This document shows positions 31,392 to 41,626 of a stretch of DNA of 51,169 nucleotides, in pieces. The position numbers and the translations under genes were made by a program. The stretch's first letter is position 1; the number at the start of each line of letters is the position of its first letter. Source of the DNA: a virus (lineage: Duplodnaviria; Heunggongvirae; Uroviricota; Caudoviricetes); the IMG/VR virus record IMGVR_UViG_2526164628_000012, one strand, 5' to 3'. The notes below the pieces were generated by a model that saw nothing but the letters and a program-made list of their open reading frames with translations, did no database searches and was not told where the DNA came from.

Positions 31392-31970
31392 ATGGCCATA
31401 AAAGGTCTTGAGCAGGCCGTTGAAAACCTCAGCCGTATCAGCAGAACGGCGGTGCCCGGTGCCGCCGCAATGGCCATTAACCGCGTTGCTTCATCCGCGA
31501 TATCGCAGTCGGTGTCACAGGTTGCCCGTGAGACAAAGGTACGCCGGAAACTGGTAAAGGAAAGGGCCAGGCTGAAAAGGGCCACGGTCAAAAATCCGCA
31601 GGCCAGAATCAAGGTTAACCGGGGGGATTTGCCCGTAATCAAGCTGGGTAATGCGCGGGTTGTCCTTTCGCGCCGCAGGCGTCGTAAAAAGGGGCAGCGT
31701 TCATCCCTGAAAGGTGGCGGCAGCGTGCTTGTGGTGGGTAACCGTCGTATTCCCGGCGCGTTTATTCAGCAACTGAAAAATGGCCGGTGGCATGTCATGC
31801 AGCGTGTGGCCGGGAAAAACCGTTACCCCATTGATGTGGTGAAAATCCCGATGGCGGTGCCGCTGACCACGGCGTTTAAACAAAATATTGAGCGGATACG
31901 GCGTGAACGTCTTCCGAAAGAGCTGGGCTATGCGCTGCAGCATCAACTGAGGATGGTAATAAAGCGATGA
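31392..31970 (+). CDS. Z: Tail completion protein Z
   Basis: 192 aa, lambda gpZ-like. Confidence 0.9.
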   Translation: MAIKGLEQAVENLSRISRTAVPGAAAMAINRVASSAISQSVSQVARETKVRRKLVKERARLKRATVKNPQARIKVNRGDLPVIKLGNARVVLSRRRRRKKGQRSSLKGGGSVLVVGNRRIPGAFIQQLKNGRWHVMQRVAGKNRYPIDVVKIPMAVPLTTAFKQNIERIRRERLPKELGYALQHQLRMVIKR

Positions 31971-32162
31971 AACATACTGAATTCCGTGCAGCCGTACTGG
32001 ATGCACTGGAGAAGCATGACACCGGGGCGACGTTTTTTGATGGTCGCCCCGCTGTTTTTGATGAGGCGGATTTTCCGGCAGTTGCCGTTTATCTCACCGG
32101 CGCTGAATACACGGGCGAAGAGCTGGACAGCGGTAAGCGGCTCGTCAGAACCGTATTGATAT

Positions 32163-33734
32163 TTACTGAGAGCTCAGATCAACTTTCCAGGGCAACAGAT
32201 CGCGTACCCGGTTTGCCGGCCAGTCCTGGATATGTTCAATGACGTAGCGCAGCCACTTTTCTGGCTCCACATTGTTCAGACGGCATGTGCCGATCAGCGA
32301 GTACAACACCGCCGCATGTTCACCACCGCTGTCGGAACCCGCGAACATCCAGTTTTTCCGGCCTACGGCCACTCCCCGTAAGGCGTTCTCTGCGATGTTG
32401 TTGTCGATTTCCACCCAGCCATTACTGCAGTACACGTTCAGTGCATCCCACTGTTTCAGCAGGTATGCGAACGCTTTTGCCGTATCTGAGTGACGCGACA
32501 GTGTTTTCATCTGTTGCTGTATCCAGTCATACAGTGACTGCATCAGTGGCGCGGCTCGGGTTTTTCTTGCCGCCAGACGCTGTTCTGCTGAACAGCCCCG
32601 GACCTCTGCCTCGATGGCATACAGTTCACCGATACGCTGCAGGGCTTCCGTGGTGATGTCGGTGGGCGCTCTTGCATGCACATCGTGGATTTTTCTCCGG
32701 GCATGAGCCATACACGCGGCTTCCGTTATTCTGCCGGATTCGTATAACGCCCGGTAACCACCGTAAGCATCGGCCTGAAGCACACCGCTGTAACCGGCCA
32801 GGTGATTTTGTGGATGGATACCTTTCCGGTCCGGACTGTACGCGAACCAGACCGCCGGGGGCATCTGTGAACCGGCGTTACGGTCATCACGGACGTAGAC
32901 CCACAGCCGGGCTGTCCGGGTTTTACCGCTGCCCGGCTCCTGGACCGGGACGGGGATATCATCAGCATGGACTTTACCGGGCATCAGCACATACTGGCGC
33001 AGGACGTCATACAGCGGCTCCAGTAGTTCAGCAACGGCACCTGTCCAGCGCCCCAGTGTGGCACGGCTCAGCTCCACACCCTGACGGCGGTATATCTCTG
33101 ACTGGCGGTATAACGGCAGATGGTCTGCATATTTTCCGGTGACGACATGGGCCAGGAGCCCCGCTCCGGCATAACTGCGTGCAATGGGTTTTGAAGGTAC
33201 TGGTGCCTGCACGATATGGTCGCACCGACAACAGGCCAGTTTCGGACGTTGTGTTTCGATAACCTTAAAGGCGCTGCTGATAAGCTCCAGTTGCTCTGAC
33301 ACATCACATCCCAGAGAACTGAGTTCACCACCACAGGCAGGACAGCATTCCTCTTCCGGCCGGATAACCCGGGTTTCACGGGGAAGTGAGGCCGGTAACG
33401 GTTTACGGGCTGAAGACTGGCGCAGGGCGGATGGCAGTACCGGGTCATATTGCTCACCCAGCGTTTCCGCCATTTCTTCCTGAAGTGCGCTGATTCGCTC
33501 CTGTGCTTCCTGTATCTGCCGTTCGGTTTTTGCACGAAGTTTTTCTGAGCTTTTACCGAACTGCATACGTTGCAGTTTCGCAACCAGCGCCTTCAGCCGG
33601 TTGATTTCGGAAGCATAAGCCGCCACCCGCTGTGAGAGCAGGCGGTTGTATTCAGCCATCTGGCGTATGGTGTCCTGTTGCGTCTGCAACAGTGCCCGCA
33701 GGCGGGCGTTCTCATGAGCAAGTGAGGTGTCCAT
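32163..33734 (-). CDS. IS66-family transposase (orf3/TnpC), 523 aa
   Basis: Identical protein to copy 1. Confidence 0.85.
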   Translation of the reverse strand: MDTSLAHENARLRALLQTQQDTIRQMAEYNRLLSQRVAAYASEINRLKALVAKLQRMQFGKSSEKLRAKTERQIQEAQERISALQEEMAETLGEQYDPVLPSALRQSSARKPLPASLPRETRVIRPEEECCPACGGELSSLGCDVSEQLELISSAFKVIETQRPKLACCRCDHIVQAPVPSKPIARSYAGAGLLAHVVTGKYADHLPLYRQSEIYRRQGVELSRATLGRWTGAVAELLEPLYDVLRQYVLMPGKVHADDIPVPVQEPGSGKTRTARLWVYVRDDRNAGSQMPPAVWFAYSPDRKGIHPQNHLAGYSGVLQADAYGGYRALYESGRITEAACMAHARRKIHDVHARAPTDITTEALQRIGELYAIEAEVRGCSAEQRLAARKTRAAPLMQSLYDWIQQQMKTLSRHSDTAKAFAYLLKQWDALNVYCSNGWVEIDNNIAENALRGVAVGRKNWMFAGSDSGGEHAAVLYSLIGTCRLNNVEPEKWLRYVIEHIQDWPANRVRDLLPWKVDLSSQ

Positions 33735-33753
33735 ATCCTCACTTTACAACGGG

Positions 33754-34101
33754 TTATATGCGGATTCCAGCGCGTTCCGTTCGTTTCGGGTGCTTCCAGT
33801 TGATACCTTCAAGAAGCATGGATAACTGAGCCGGAGTAAGGTGCACCTTGCCGTCACGGGTGACTGGCCAGACGAAGCGGCCCCGCTCCAGGCGTTTGGT
33901 GAAGAGGCACAGTCCGTCACTGTCAGCCCACAACACTTTTATCTGGTCACCCCGGCGTCCGCGGAAGATGAACAGGTGTCCGGAGAACGGGTCATCCTTC
34001 AGGACGTTCTGAACTTTTGATGCCAGGCCGTTAAAGCCATTTCGCATATCGGTGATACCTGCAACCAGCCAGATACGCGAACCTGCAGGGAGAGATATCA
34101 T
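33754..34101 (-). CDS. IS66-family Orf2 (TnpB), 115 aa
   Basis: Identical to copy 1. Confidence 0.8.
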   Translation of the reverse strand: MISLPAGSRIWLVAGITDMRNGFNGLASKVQNVLKDDPFSGHLFIFRGRRGDQIKVLWADSDGLCLFTKRLERGRFVWPVTRDGKVHLTPAQLSMLLEGINWKHPKRTERAGIRI

Positions 34102-34778
34102 CAGTGGCTGCTCCCTTTTATTTCGCGGATAAGTGTCTGTAATAACGCCGGCGTCAGTTTACCTTTAAGCCTGAGAGTTCCGGCCGGCAGAACCAGCTCA
34201 CAACACAGACTGTCGGACGGTGTATTTATCTGCTCTGGTTCCTGTGCGGGGGCCGGGATTTTATTATCCGGCTCCGGCGTTAACGTCACGGGAAGCAGTG
34301 CCGGCATATTTTTTCCGGAAGGCAGCAGGCCACCTTTCCGGTATTGATGGCGCCAGTTGAAGAGCAGGTTATCGTTGATTCCGTTTTCCCGGGCGATCTG
34401 CGCCACACAGGCTCCGGGCTGCAGTGACTGCTCCACTAAGGCGATTTTAAACTCATAAGGGAAGTTGGGCCGCCGGGGACGTTTTTTTACCACGGGGGCT
34501 TCGGATATAACGGTGCTTTCAGGACGTACGACTGGTACCGTGGAAAATTGTCCGTAAAGGCAGGCATCAAGTTCCTGCTCCGACATGCCTGCGGGCAAAG
34601 GCCACGAAAGGCCAGCTCTCCGAAAGCGCACGAACATACTACAAACTGTTGATTTTGGTACACCCAGGCGACGCCCGGCCACAACCCGGGGTAAATGTTC
34701 TTCAAAGTGAAGACGTAAAGCTTCAGTGATCCAGGTCCGGTGTTTCATACGATAGTGTCCATTAAAAATGATGGACAT
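34101..34778 (-). CDS. IS66-family Orf1 (TnpA), 225 aa
   Basis: Identical to copy 1. Confidence 0.8.
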   Translation of the reverse strand: MSIIFNGHYRMKHRTWITEALRLHFEEHLPRVVAGRRLGVPKSTVCSMFVRFRRAGLSWPLPAGMSEQELDACLYGQFSTVPVVRPESTVISEAPVVKKRPRRPNFPYEFKIALVEQSLQPGACVAQIARENGINDNLLFNWRHQYRKGGLLPSGKNMPALLPVTLTPEPDNKIPAPAQEPEQINTPSDSLCCELVLPAGTLRLKGKLTPALLQTLIREIKGSSH

Positions 34779-35076
34779 TATTTTTGTAGAGCCGGAGGAA
34801 ACAGACCAGACGGTTTAAATGAGCCGGTTACGGACAGCGATACCTGGCAGGCGGAGCTGCATATCGAAGTTTTCCTGCCTGCTCAGGTGCCGGATTCAGA
34901 GCTGGATGCGTGGATGGAGTCCCGGATTTATCCGGTGATGAGCGATATCCCGGCACTGTCAGATTTGATCACCAGTATGGTGGCCAGCGGCTATGACTAC
35001 CGGCGCGACGATGATGCGGGCCTGTGGAGTTCAGCCGATCTGACTTATGTCATTACCTATGAAATGTGAGGACGCT

Positions 35077-35817
35077 ATGCCTGTACCAAATCCTACAATG
35101 CCGGTGAAAGGTGCCGGGACCACCCTGTGGGTTTATAAGGGGAGCGGTGACCCTTATGCGAATCCGCTTTCAGACGTTGACTGGTCGCGTCTGGCAAAAG
35201 TTAAAGACCTGACGCCCGGCGAACTGACCGCTGAGTCCTATGACGACAGCTATCTCGATGATGAAGATGCAGACTGGACTGCGACCGGGCAGGGGCAGAA
35301 ATCTGCCGGAGATACCAGCTTCACGCTGGCGTGGATGCCCGGAGAGCAGGGGCAGCAGGCGCTGCTGGCGTGGTTTAATGAAGGCGATACCCGTGCCTAT
35401 AAAATCCGCTTCCCGAACGGCACGGTCGATGTGTTCCGTGGCTGGGTCAGCAGTATCGGTAAGGCGGTGACGGCGAAGGAAGTGATCACCCGCACGGTGA
35501 AAGTCACCAATGTGGGACGTCCGTCGATGGCAGAAGATCGCAGCATGGTAACAGCGGCAACCGGCATGACCGTGACGCCTGCCAGCACCTCGGTGGTGAA
35601 AGGGCAGAGCACCACGCTGACCGTGGCCTTCCAGCCGGAGGGCGTAACCGACAAGAGCTTTCGTGCGGTGTCTGCGGATAAAACAAAAGCCACCGTGTCG
35701 GTCAGTGGTATGACCATCACCGTGAACGGCGTTGCTGCAGGCAAGGTCAACATTCCGGTTGTATCCGGTAATGGTGAGTTTGCTGCGGTTGCAGAAATTA
35801 CCGTCACCGCCAGTTAA
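35077..35817 (+). CDS. V: Major tail protein V
   Basis: 246 aa from ATG 35077, lambda gpV-like. Confidence 0.9.
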   Translation: MPVPNPTMPVKGAGTTLWVYKGSGDPYANPLSDVDWSRLAKVKDLTPGELTAESYDDSYLDDEDADWTATGQGQKSAGDTSFTLAWMPGEQGQQALLAWFNEGDTRAYKIRFPNGTVDVFRGWVSSIGKAVTAKEVITRTVKVTNVGRPSMAEDRSMVTAATGMTVTPASTSVVKGQSTTLTVAFQPEGVTDKSFRAVSADKTKATVSVSGMTITVNGVAAGKVNIPVVSGNGEFAAVAEITVTAS

Positions 35818-35832
35818 TCCGGAGAGTCAGCG

Positions 35833-36255
35833 ATGTTCCTGAAAACCGAATCATTTGAACATAACGGTGTGACCGTCACGCTTTCTGAACTGTCAGCCCT
35901 GCAGCGCATTGAGCATCTCGCCCTGATGAAACGGCAGGCAGAACAGGCGGAGTCAGACAGCAACCGGAAGTTTACTGTGGAAGACGCCATCAGAACCGGC
36001 GCGTTTCTGGTGGCGATGTCCCTGTGGCATAACCATCCGCAGAAGACGCAGATGCCGTCCATGAATGAAGCCGTTAAACAGATTGAGCAGGAAGTGCTTA
36101 CCACCTGGCCCACGGAGGCAATTTCTCATGCTGAAAACGTGGTGTACCGGCTGTCTGGTATGTATGAGTTTGTGGTGAATGATGCCCCTGAACAGGCAGA
36201 GGACGCCGGGCCTGCAGAGCCTGTTTCTGCGGGAAAGTGTTCGACGGTGAGCTGA
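35833..36255 (+). CDS. G: Tail assembly chaperone G
   Basis: 140 aa, lambda gpG-like; slippery GGGAAAG at 36231-36237. Confidence 0.9.
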   Translation: MFLKTESFEHNGVTVTLSELSALQRIEHLALMKRQAEQAESDSNRKFTVEDAIRTGAFLVAMSLWHNHPQKTQMPSMNEAVKQIEQEVLTTWPTEAISHAENVVYRLSGMYEFVVNDAPEQAEDAGPAEPVSAGKCSTVS

Positions 36256-36671
36256 GTTTTGCCCTGAAACTGGCGCGCGAGATGGGGCGACCCGACTGGC
36301 GTGCCATGCTTGCCGGGATGTCATCCACGGAGTATGCCGACTGGCACCGCTTTTACAGTACCCATTATTTTCATGATGTTCTGCTGGATATGCACTTTTC
36401 CGGGCTGACGTACACCGTGCTCAGCCTGTTTTTCAGCGATCCGGATATGCATCCGCTGGATTTCAGTCTGCTGAACCGGCGCGAGGCTGACGAAGAGCCT
36501 GAAGATGATGTGCTGATGCAGAAAGCGGCAGGGCTTGCCGGAGGCGTTCGTTTTGGCCCGGACGGGAATGAAGTTATCCCCGCTTCCCCGGATGTGGCGG
36601 ACATGACGGAGGATGACGTAATGCTGATGACAGTATCAGAAGGGATCGCAGGAGGAGTCCGGTATGGCTGA
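36237..36671 (+). CDS. T: Tail assembly protein T (expressed as G-T fusion by programmed -1 frameshift)
   Basis: -1 frame ORF downstream of slippery heptamer GGGAAAG, as in lambda. Confidence 0.75.
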   Translation: MFDGELSFALKLAREMGRPDWRAMLAGMSSTEYADWHRFYSTHYFHDVLLDMHFSGLTYTVLSLFFSDPDMHPLDFSLLNRREADEEPEDDVLMQKAAGLAGGVRFGPDGNEVIPASPDVADMTEDDVMLMTVSEGIAGGVRYG

Positions 36672-39225
36672 ACCGGTAGGCGATCTGGTCGTTGATTTAA
36701 GTCTGGATGCGGCCAGATTTGACGAGCAGATGGCCAGAGTCAGGCGTCATTTTTCCGGTACGGAAACTGATGCGAAAAAAACAGCGGCAGTCGTTGAACA
36801 GTCGCTGAGCCGACAGGCGCTGGCTGCACAGAAAGCGGGGATTTCCGTCGGGCAGTATAAAGCCGCCATGCGTATGCTGCCTGCACAGTTCACCGACGTG
36901 GCCACGCAGCTTGCAGGCGGGCAAAGTCCGTGGCTGATCCTGCTGCAACAGGGGGGTCAGGTGAAGGACTCCTTCGGCGGGATGATCCCCATGTTCCGGG
37001 GGCTTGCCGGTGCGATCACCCTGCCGATGGTGGGGGCCACCTCGCTGGCGGTGGCGACCGGTGCGCTGGCGTATGCCTGGTATCAGGGCAACTCAACCCT
37101 GTCCGATTTCAACAAAACGCTGGTCCTTTCCGGCAATCAGGCGGGACTGACGGCAGATCGTATTCTGGCCCTGTCCAGAGCCGGGCAGGCGGCAGGGCTG
37201 ACGTTTAACCAGACCAGCGAGTCACTCAGCGCACTGGTTAAGGCGGGGGTAAGCGGTGAGGCTCAGATTGCGTCCATCAGCCAGAGTGTGGCGCGTTTCT
37301 CCTCTGCATCCGGCGTGGAGGTGGACAAGGTCGCTGAAGCCTTCGGGAAGCTGACCACAGACCCGACGTCGGGGCTGACGGCGATGGCACGCCAGTTCCA
37401 TAACGTGACGGCGGAGCAGATTGCGTATGTTGCTCAGTTGCAGCGTTCCGGCGATGAAGCCGGGGCATTGCAGGCGGCGAACGAGGCCGCAACGAAAGGG
37501 TTTGATGACCAGACCCGCCGCCTGAAAGAGAACATGGGCACGCTGGAGACCTGGGCAGACAGGACAGCACGGGCATTCAAATCCATGTGGGATGCGGTGC
37601 TGGATATTGGTCGTCCTGATACCGCGCAGGAGATGCTGATTAAGGCAGAGGCTGCGTTTAAGAAAGCAGACGACATCTGGAATCTGCGCAAGGATGATTA
37701 TTTTGTTAACGATGAAGCGCGGGCGCGTTACTGGGATGATCGTGAAAAGGCCCGTCTTGCGCTTGAAGCCGCCCGAAAGAAGGCTGAGCAGCAGACTCAA
37801 CAGGACAAAAATGCGCAGCAGCAGAGCGATACCGAAGCGTCACGGCTGAAATATACCGAAGAGGCGCAGAAGGCTTACGAACGGCTGCAGACGCCGCTGG
37901 AGAAATATACCGCCCGTCAGGAAGAACTGAACAAGGCACTGAAAGACGGGAAAATCCTGCAGGCGGATTACAACACGCTGATGGCGGCGGCGAAAAAGGA
38001 TTATGAAGCGACGCTGAAAAAGCCGAAACAGTCCGGCGTGAAGGTGTCTGCGGGCGATCGTCAGGAAGACAGTGCTCATGCTGCCCTGCTGACGCTTCAG
38101 GCAGAACTCCGGACGCTGGAGAAGCATGCCGGAGCAAATGAGAAAATCAGCCAGCAGCGCCGGGATTTGTGGAAGGCAGAAAGTCAGTTCGCGGTACTGG
38201 AGGAGGCGGCACAACGTCGCCAGCTGTCCGCACAGGAGAAATCCCTGCTGGCGCATAAAGATGAGACGCTGGAGTACAAACGCCAGCTGGCTGCACTTGG
38301 CGACAAGGTTACGTATCAGGAGCACCTGAATGCGCTGGCGCAGCAGGCGGATAAGTTCGCACAGCAACAACGGGCAAAACGGGCAGCCATTGAGGCGAAA
38401 AACCGGGGGCTGACTGACCGGCAGGCAGCGCGGGAAGCCACAGAACAGCGCCTGAAGGAACAGTATGGCGATAATTCGCTGGCGCTGAATAACGTCATGT
38501 CAGAGCAGAAAAAGACCTGGGCGGCTGAAGACCAGCTTCGCGGGAGCTGGATGGCAGGCCTCAGGTCCGGCTGGAGTGAGTGGGAAGAGAGCGCCACGGA
38601 CAGTATGTCGCAGGTTAAAAGTGCAGCCACGCAGACCTTTGATGGTATTGCGCAGAATATGGCGGCGATGCTGACCGGCAGTGAACAGAACTGGCGCAGC
38701 TTCACCCGCTCCGTGCTGTCCATGATGACAGAAATTCTGCTTAAGCAGGCAATGGTGGGGATTGTCGGGAGTATCGGCAGCGCCATTGGCGGGGCTGTTG
38801 GTGGCGGCGCATCAGCGTCAGGCGGTACAGCCATTCAGGCAGCTGCGGCGAAATTCCATTTTGCGACCGGAGGATTTACGGGAACCGGCGGCAAATATGA
38901 GCCAGCGGGGATTGTTCACCGTGGTGAATTTGTCTTCACTAAGGAGGCAACCAGCCGGATTGGCGTGGGGAATCTCTACCGGCTGATGCGCGGCTATGCC
39001 ACCGGCGGTTATGTCGGTACACCGGGCAGCATGGCGGACAGCCGCTCGCAGGCGTCCGGGAAGTTTGAGCAGAATAACCATGTGGTGATTAACAACGACG
39101 GCACGAACGGTCAGATAGGGCCACAGGCGCTGAAGGCGGTTTATGACGTAGCCCGTAAGGCGGCAATGGATGTTGTGACCGGGCAGATGCGCGATGGTGG
39201 TCTGTTCTCCGGAGGTGGACGATGA
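36664..39225 (+). CDS. H: Tail tape-measure protein H
   Basis: 853 aa, same length as lambda gpH. Confidence 0.9.
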   Translation: MAEPVGDLVVDLSLDAARFDEQMARVRRHFSGTETDAKKTAAVVEQSLSRQALAAQKAGISVGQYKAAMRMLPAQFTDVATQLAGGQSPWLILLQQGGQVKDSFGGMIPMFRGLAGAITLPMVGATSLAVATGALAYAWYQGNSTLSDFNKTLVLSGNQAGLTADRILALSRAGQAAGLTFNQTSESLSALVKAGVSGEAQIASISQSVARFSSASGVEVDKVAEAFGKLTTDPTSGLTAMARQFHNVTAEQIAYVAQLQRSGDEAGALQAANEAATKGFDDQTRRLKENMGTLETWADRTARAFKSMWDAVLDIGRPDTAQEMLIKAEAAFKKADDIWNLRKDDYFVNDEARARYWDDREKARLALEAARKKAEQQTQQDKNAQQQSDTEASRLKYTEEAQKAYERLQTPLEKYTARQEELNKALKDGKILQADYNTLMAAAKKDYEATLKKPKQSGVKVSAGDRQEDSAHAALLTLQAELRTLEKHAGANEKISQQRRDLWKAESQFAVLEEAAQRRQLSAQEKSLLAHKDETLEYKRQLAALGDKVTYQEHLNALAQQADKFAQQQRAKRAAIEAKNRGLTDRQAAREATEQRLKEQYGDNSLALNNVMSEQKKTWAAEDQLRGSWMAGLRSGWSEWEESATDSMSQVKSAATQTFDGIAQNMAAMLTGSEQNWRSFTRSVLSMMTEILLKQAMVGIVGSIGSAIGGAVGGGASASGGTAIQAAAAKFHFATGGFTGTGGKYEPAGIVHRGEFVFTKEATSRIGVGNLYRLMRGYATGGYVGTPGSMADSRSQASGKFEQNNHVVINNDGTNGQIGPQALKAVYDVARKAAMDVVTGQMRDGGLFSGGGR

Positions 39226-39551
39226 AAACCTTCCGCTGGAAAGTGAAACCCGGTATGGATGTGGCTTCGGCCCCTTCTGTAAGAAAGGTGCGCTTTGGTG
39301 ATGGCTATTCCCAGCGAGCGCCTGCCGGGCTGAATGCCAACCTGAAAACGTACAGCGTGACGCTTTCTGTTCCCCGTTGGGAGGCCACGGTACTGGAGTC
39401 GTTTCTGGAAGAGCACGGGGGCTGGAAAGCCTTTCTGTGGACGCCGCCTTATGAGTGGCGGCAGATAAAGGTGACCTGCGCAAAATGGTCGTCGCGGGTC
39501 AGTATGCTGCGTGTTGAGTTCAGCGCAGAGTTTGAACAGGTGGTGAACTGA
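39222..39551 (+). CDS. M: Minor tail protein M
   Basis: 109 aa. Confidence 0.9.
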   Translation: MKTFRWKVKPGMDVASAPSVRKVRFGDGYSQRAPAGLNANLKTYSVTLSVPRWEATVLESFLEEHGGWKAFLWTPPYEWRQIKVTCAKWSSRVSMLRVEFSAEFEQVVN

Positions 39552-40249
39552 TGCAGGATATCCGGCAGGAAACACTGAATGAATGCACCCGTGCGGAGCA
39601 GTCGGCCAGCGTGGTGCTCTGGGAAATCGACCTGACAGAGGTCGGTGGAGAACGTTATTTTTTCTGTAATGAGCAGAACGAAAAAGGTGAGCCGGTCACC
39701 TGGCAGGGGCGACAGTATCAGCCGTATCCCATTCAGGGGAGTGGTTTTGAACTGAATGGCAAAGGCACCAGTACGCGCCCCACGCTGACGGTTTCTAACC
39801 TGTACGGTATGGTCACCGGGATGGCGGAAGATCTGCAGAGTCTGGTCGGCGGAACGGTGGTCCGGCGTAAGGTTTACGCCCGTTTTCTGGATGCGGTGAA
39901 CTTCGTCAACGGAAACAGTGACGCCGATCCGGAGCAGGAGGTGATCAGCCGCTGGCGCATCGAGCAGTGCAGCGAACTGAGCGCGGTGAGTGCCTCCTTT
40001 GTACTGTCCACGCCGACGGAAACAGATGGCGCTGTTTTTCCGGGACGTATCATGCTGGCCAACACCTGCACCTGGACCTATCGCGGCGATGAGTGCGGTT
40101 ATCACGGTCCGGCGGTCGCGGATGAATATGACCAGCCAACGTCCGATATCACGAAGGATAAATGCAGCAAATGCCTGAGTGGCTGTAAGTTTCGCAATAA
40201 CGTCGGCAACTTTGGCGGCTTCCTTTCCATTAACAAACTTTCGCAGTAA
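39551..40249 (+). CDS. L: Minor tail protein L
   Basis: 232 aa. Confidence 0.9.
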   Translation: MQDIRQETLNECTRAEQSASVVLWEIDLTEVGGERYFFCNEQNEKGEPVTWQGRQYQPYPIQGSGFELNGKGTSTRPTLTVSNLYGMVTGMAEDLQSLVGGTVVRRKVYARFLDAVNFVNGNSDADPEQEVISRWRIEQCSELSAVSASFVLSTPTETDGAVFPGRIMLANTCTWTYRGDECGYHGPAVADEYDQPTSDITKDKCSKCLSGCKFRNNVGNFGGFLSINKLSQ

Positions 40250-40254
40250 ATCCC

Positions 40255-40998
40255 ATGACACAGACAGAATCAGCGATTCTGGCGCACGCCCGGCGATGTG
40301 CGCCAGCGGAGTCGTGCGGCTTCGTGGTGAGAGCGCCGGAGGGGGAAAGCTATTTTCCCTGCGTGAATATCTCCGGTGAGCCGGAGGCGTATTTCCGGAT
40401 GGCTCCGGAGGACTGGCTGCAGGCAGAGATGCAGGGTGAGATTGTGGCGCTGGTCCACAGCCACCCCGGTGGTCTGCCCAGGCTGAGTGAGGCTGACCGG
40501 CGGCTGCAGGTGCAGAGTGATTTGCCGTGGTGGCTGGTCTGCCGGGGGGCGATTCACAAGTTCCGCTGTGTGCCGCATCTCACCGGGCGGCGCTTTGAGC
40601 ACGGGGTGACGGACTGTTACACGCTGTTCCGGGATGCTTATCATCTGGCGGGGATTGAGATGCCGGATTTTCATCGCGGGGATGACTGGTGGCGTAACGG
40701 TCAGAATCTCTATCTTGACAATATGGAGGCGACTGGTTTTTACCGTGTCGCACTGACAGAGGCGCAGCCTGGCGACGTGCTGCTGTGCTGCTTTGGTTCA
40801 TCGGTGCCGAATCATGCCGCCATTTACTGTGGTGACGGCGAGCTGCTGCACCATATTCCTGAACAACTGAGCAAACGAGAGAGGTATACCGACAAATGGC
40901 AGCGACGCACACACTCCCTCTGGCGTCACCGGGCATGGCGCGCATCTGCCTTTACGGGGATTTACAACGATTTGGCCGCCGCATCGACCTTCGTGTGA
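40255..40998 (+). CDS. K: Tail assembly protein K (JAMM/MPN plus NlpC/P60-like)
   Basis: HSHPGG JAMM-type motif; classical lambda-annotated start corresponds to ATG 40399 (199 aa). Confidence 0.85.
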   Translation: MTQTESAILAHARRCAPAESCGFVVRAPEGESYFPCVNISGEPEAYFRMAPEDWLQAEMQGEIVALVHSHPGGLPRLSEADRRLQVQSDLPWWLVCRGAIHKFRCVPHLTGRRFEHGVTDCYTLFRDAYHLAGIEMPDFHRGDDWWRNGQNLYLDNMEATGFYRVALTEAQPGDVLLCCFGSSVPNHAAIYCGDGELLHHIPEQLSKRERYTDKWQRRTHSLWRHRAWRASAFTGIYNDLAAASTFV

Positions 40999-41567
40999 AA
41001 ACGGGGGCTGAAGCCATTCGGGCGCTGGCCACACAGCTCCCGGCGTTTCGTCAGAAACTGAGCGACGGCTGGTATCAGGTACGGATTGCCGGGCAGGATG
41101 TCAGCACGTCCGGATTAACGGCGCAGTTACATGAGACTCTGCCTGATGGCGCTGTGATTCATATTGTTCCCAGAGTCGCCGGGGCCAAGTCAGGTGGCGT
41201 ATTCCAGATTGTCCTGGGGGCTGCCGCCATTGCCGGATCATTCTTTACCGCCGGGGCCACCCTTGCAGCATGGGGGGCAGCCATTGGGGCCGGTGGTATG
41301 ACCGGCATCCTGTTTTCTCTCGGTGCCAGTATGGTGCTCGGTGGTGTGGCGCAGATGCTGGCACCGAAAGCCAGAACTCCCCGTACACAGACAACGGATA
41401 ACGGCAAACAGAACACCTATTTCTCCTCACTGGATAACATGGTTGCCCAGGGCAATGTTCTGCCGGTTCTGTACGGTGAAATGCGCGTGGGGTCGCGGGT
41501 GGTCTCTCAGGAGATCAGCACGGCAGACGAAGGGGATGGTGGTCAGGTTGTGGTGATTGGTCGCTGA
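40896..41567 (+). CDS. I: Tail assembly protein I
   Basis: 223 aa, overlaps K 3' end as in lambda. Confidence 0.9.
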   Translation: MAATHTLPLASPGMARICLYGDLQRFGRRIDLRVKTGAEAIRALATQLPAFRQKLSDGWYQVRIAGQDVSTSGLTAQLHETLPDGAVIHIVPRVAGAKSGGVFQIVLGAAAIAGSFFTAGATLAAWGAAIGAGGMTGILFSLGASMVLGGVAQMLAPKARTPRTQTTDNGKQNTYFSSLDNMVAQGNVLPVLYGEMRVGSRVVSQEISTADEGDGGQVVVIGR

Positions 41568-41626
41568 TGAAAAACGTTTATGTGAAACCGCCTCCGGGCG
41601 GTTTTGTCGTTTATGGAGCGTGAGGA

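Larger units (their letters stand above)
32133..34831 (-). mobile_element. IS66-family insertion sequence, copy 2, 2699 bp
   Basis: Same element as copy 1 (one synonymous difference seen); flanked by 8-bp direct repeat GGACAGCG at 32125-32132 and 34832-34839. Confidence 0.85.
31967..35069 (+). pseudogene. U: Tail terminator gene U, split by IS66-family insertion
   Basis: N-terminal 55 codons (31967-32131) and C-terminal part (34840-35069) join to a lambda gpU-like 131-aa protein when the IS and one copy of the TSD are removed. Confidence 0.85.

Noticed and set aside
39449-40261. 270-aa minus-strand ORF
   Set aside because: Antisense to tail gene L.
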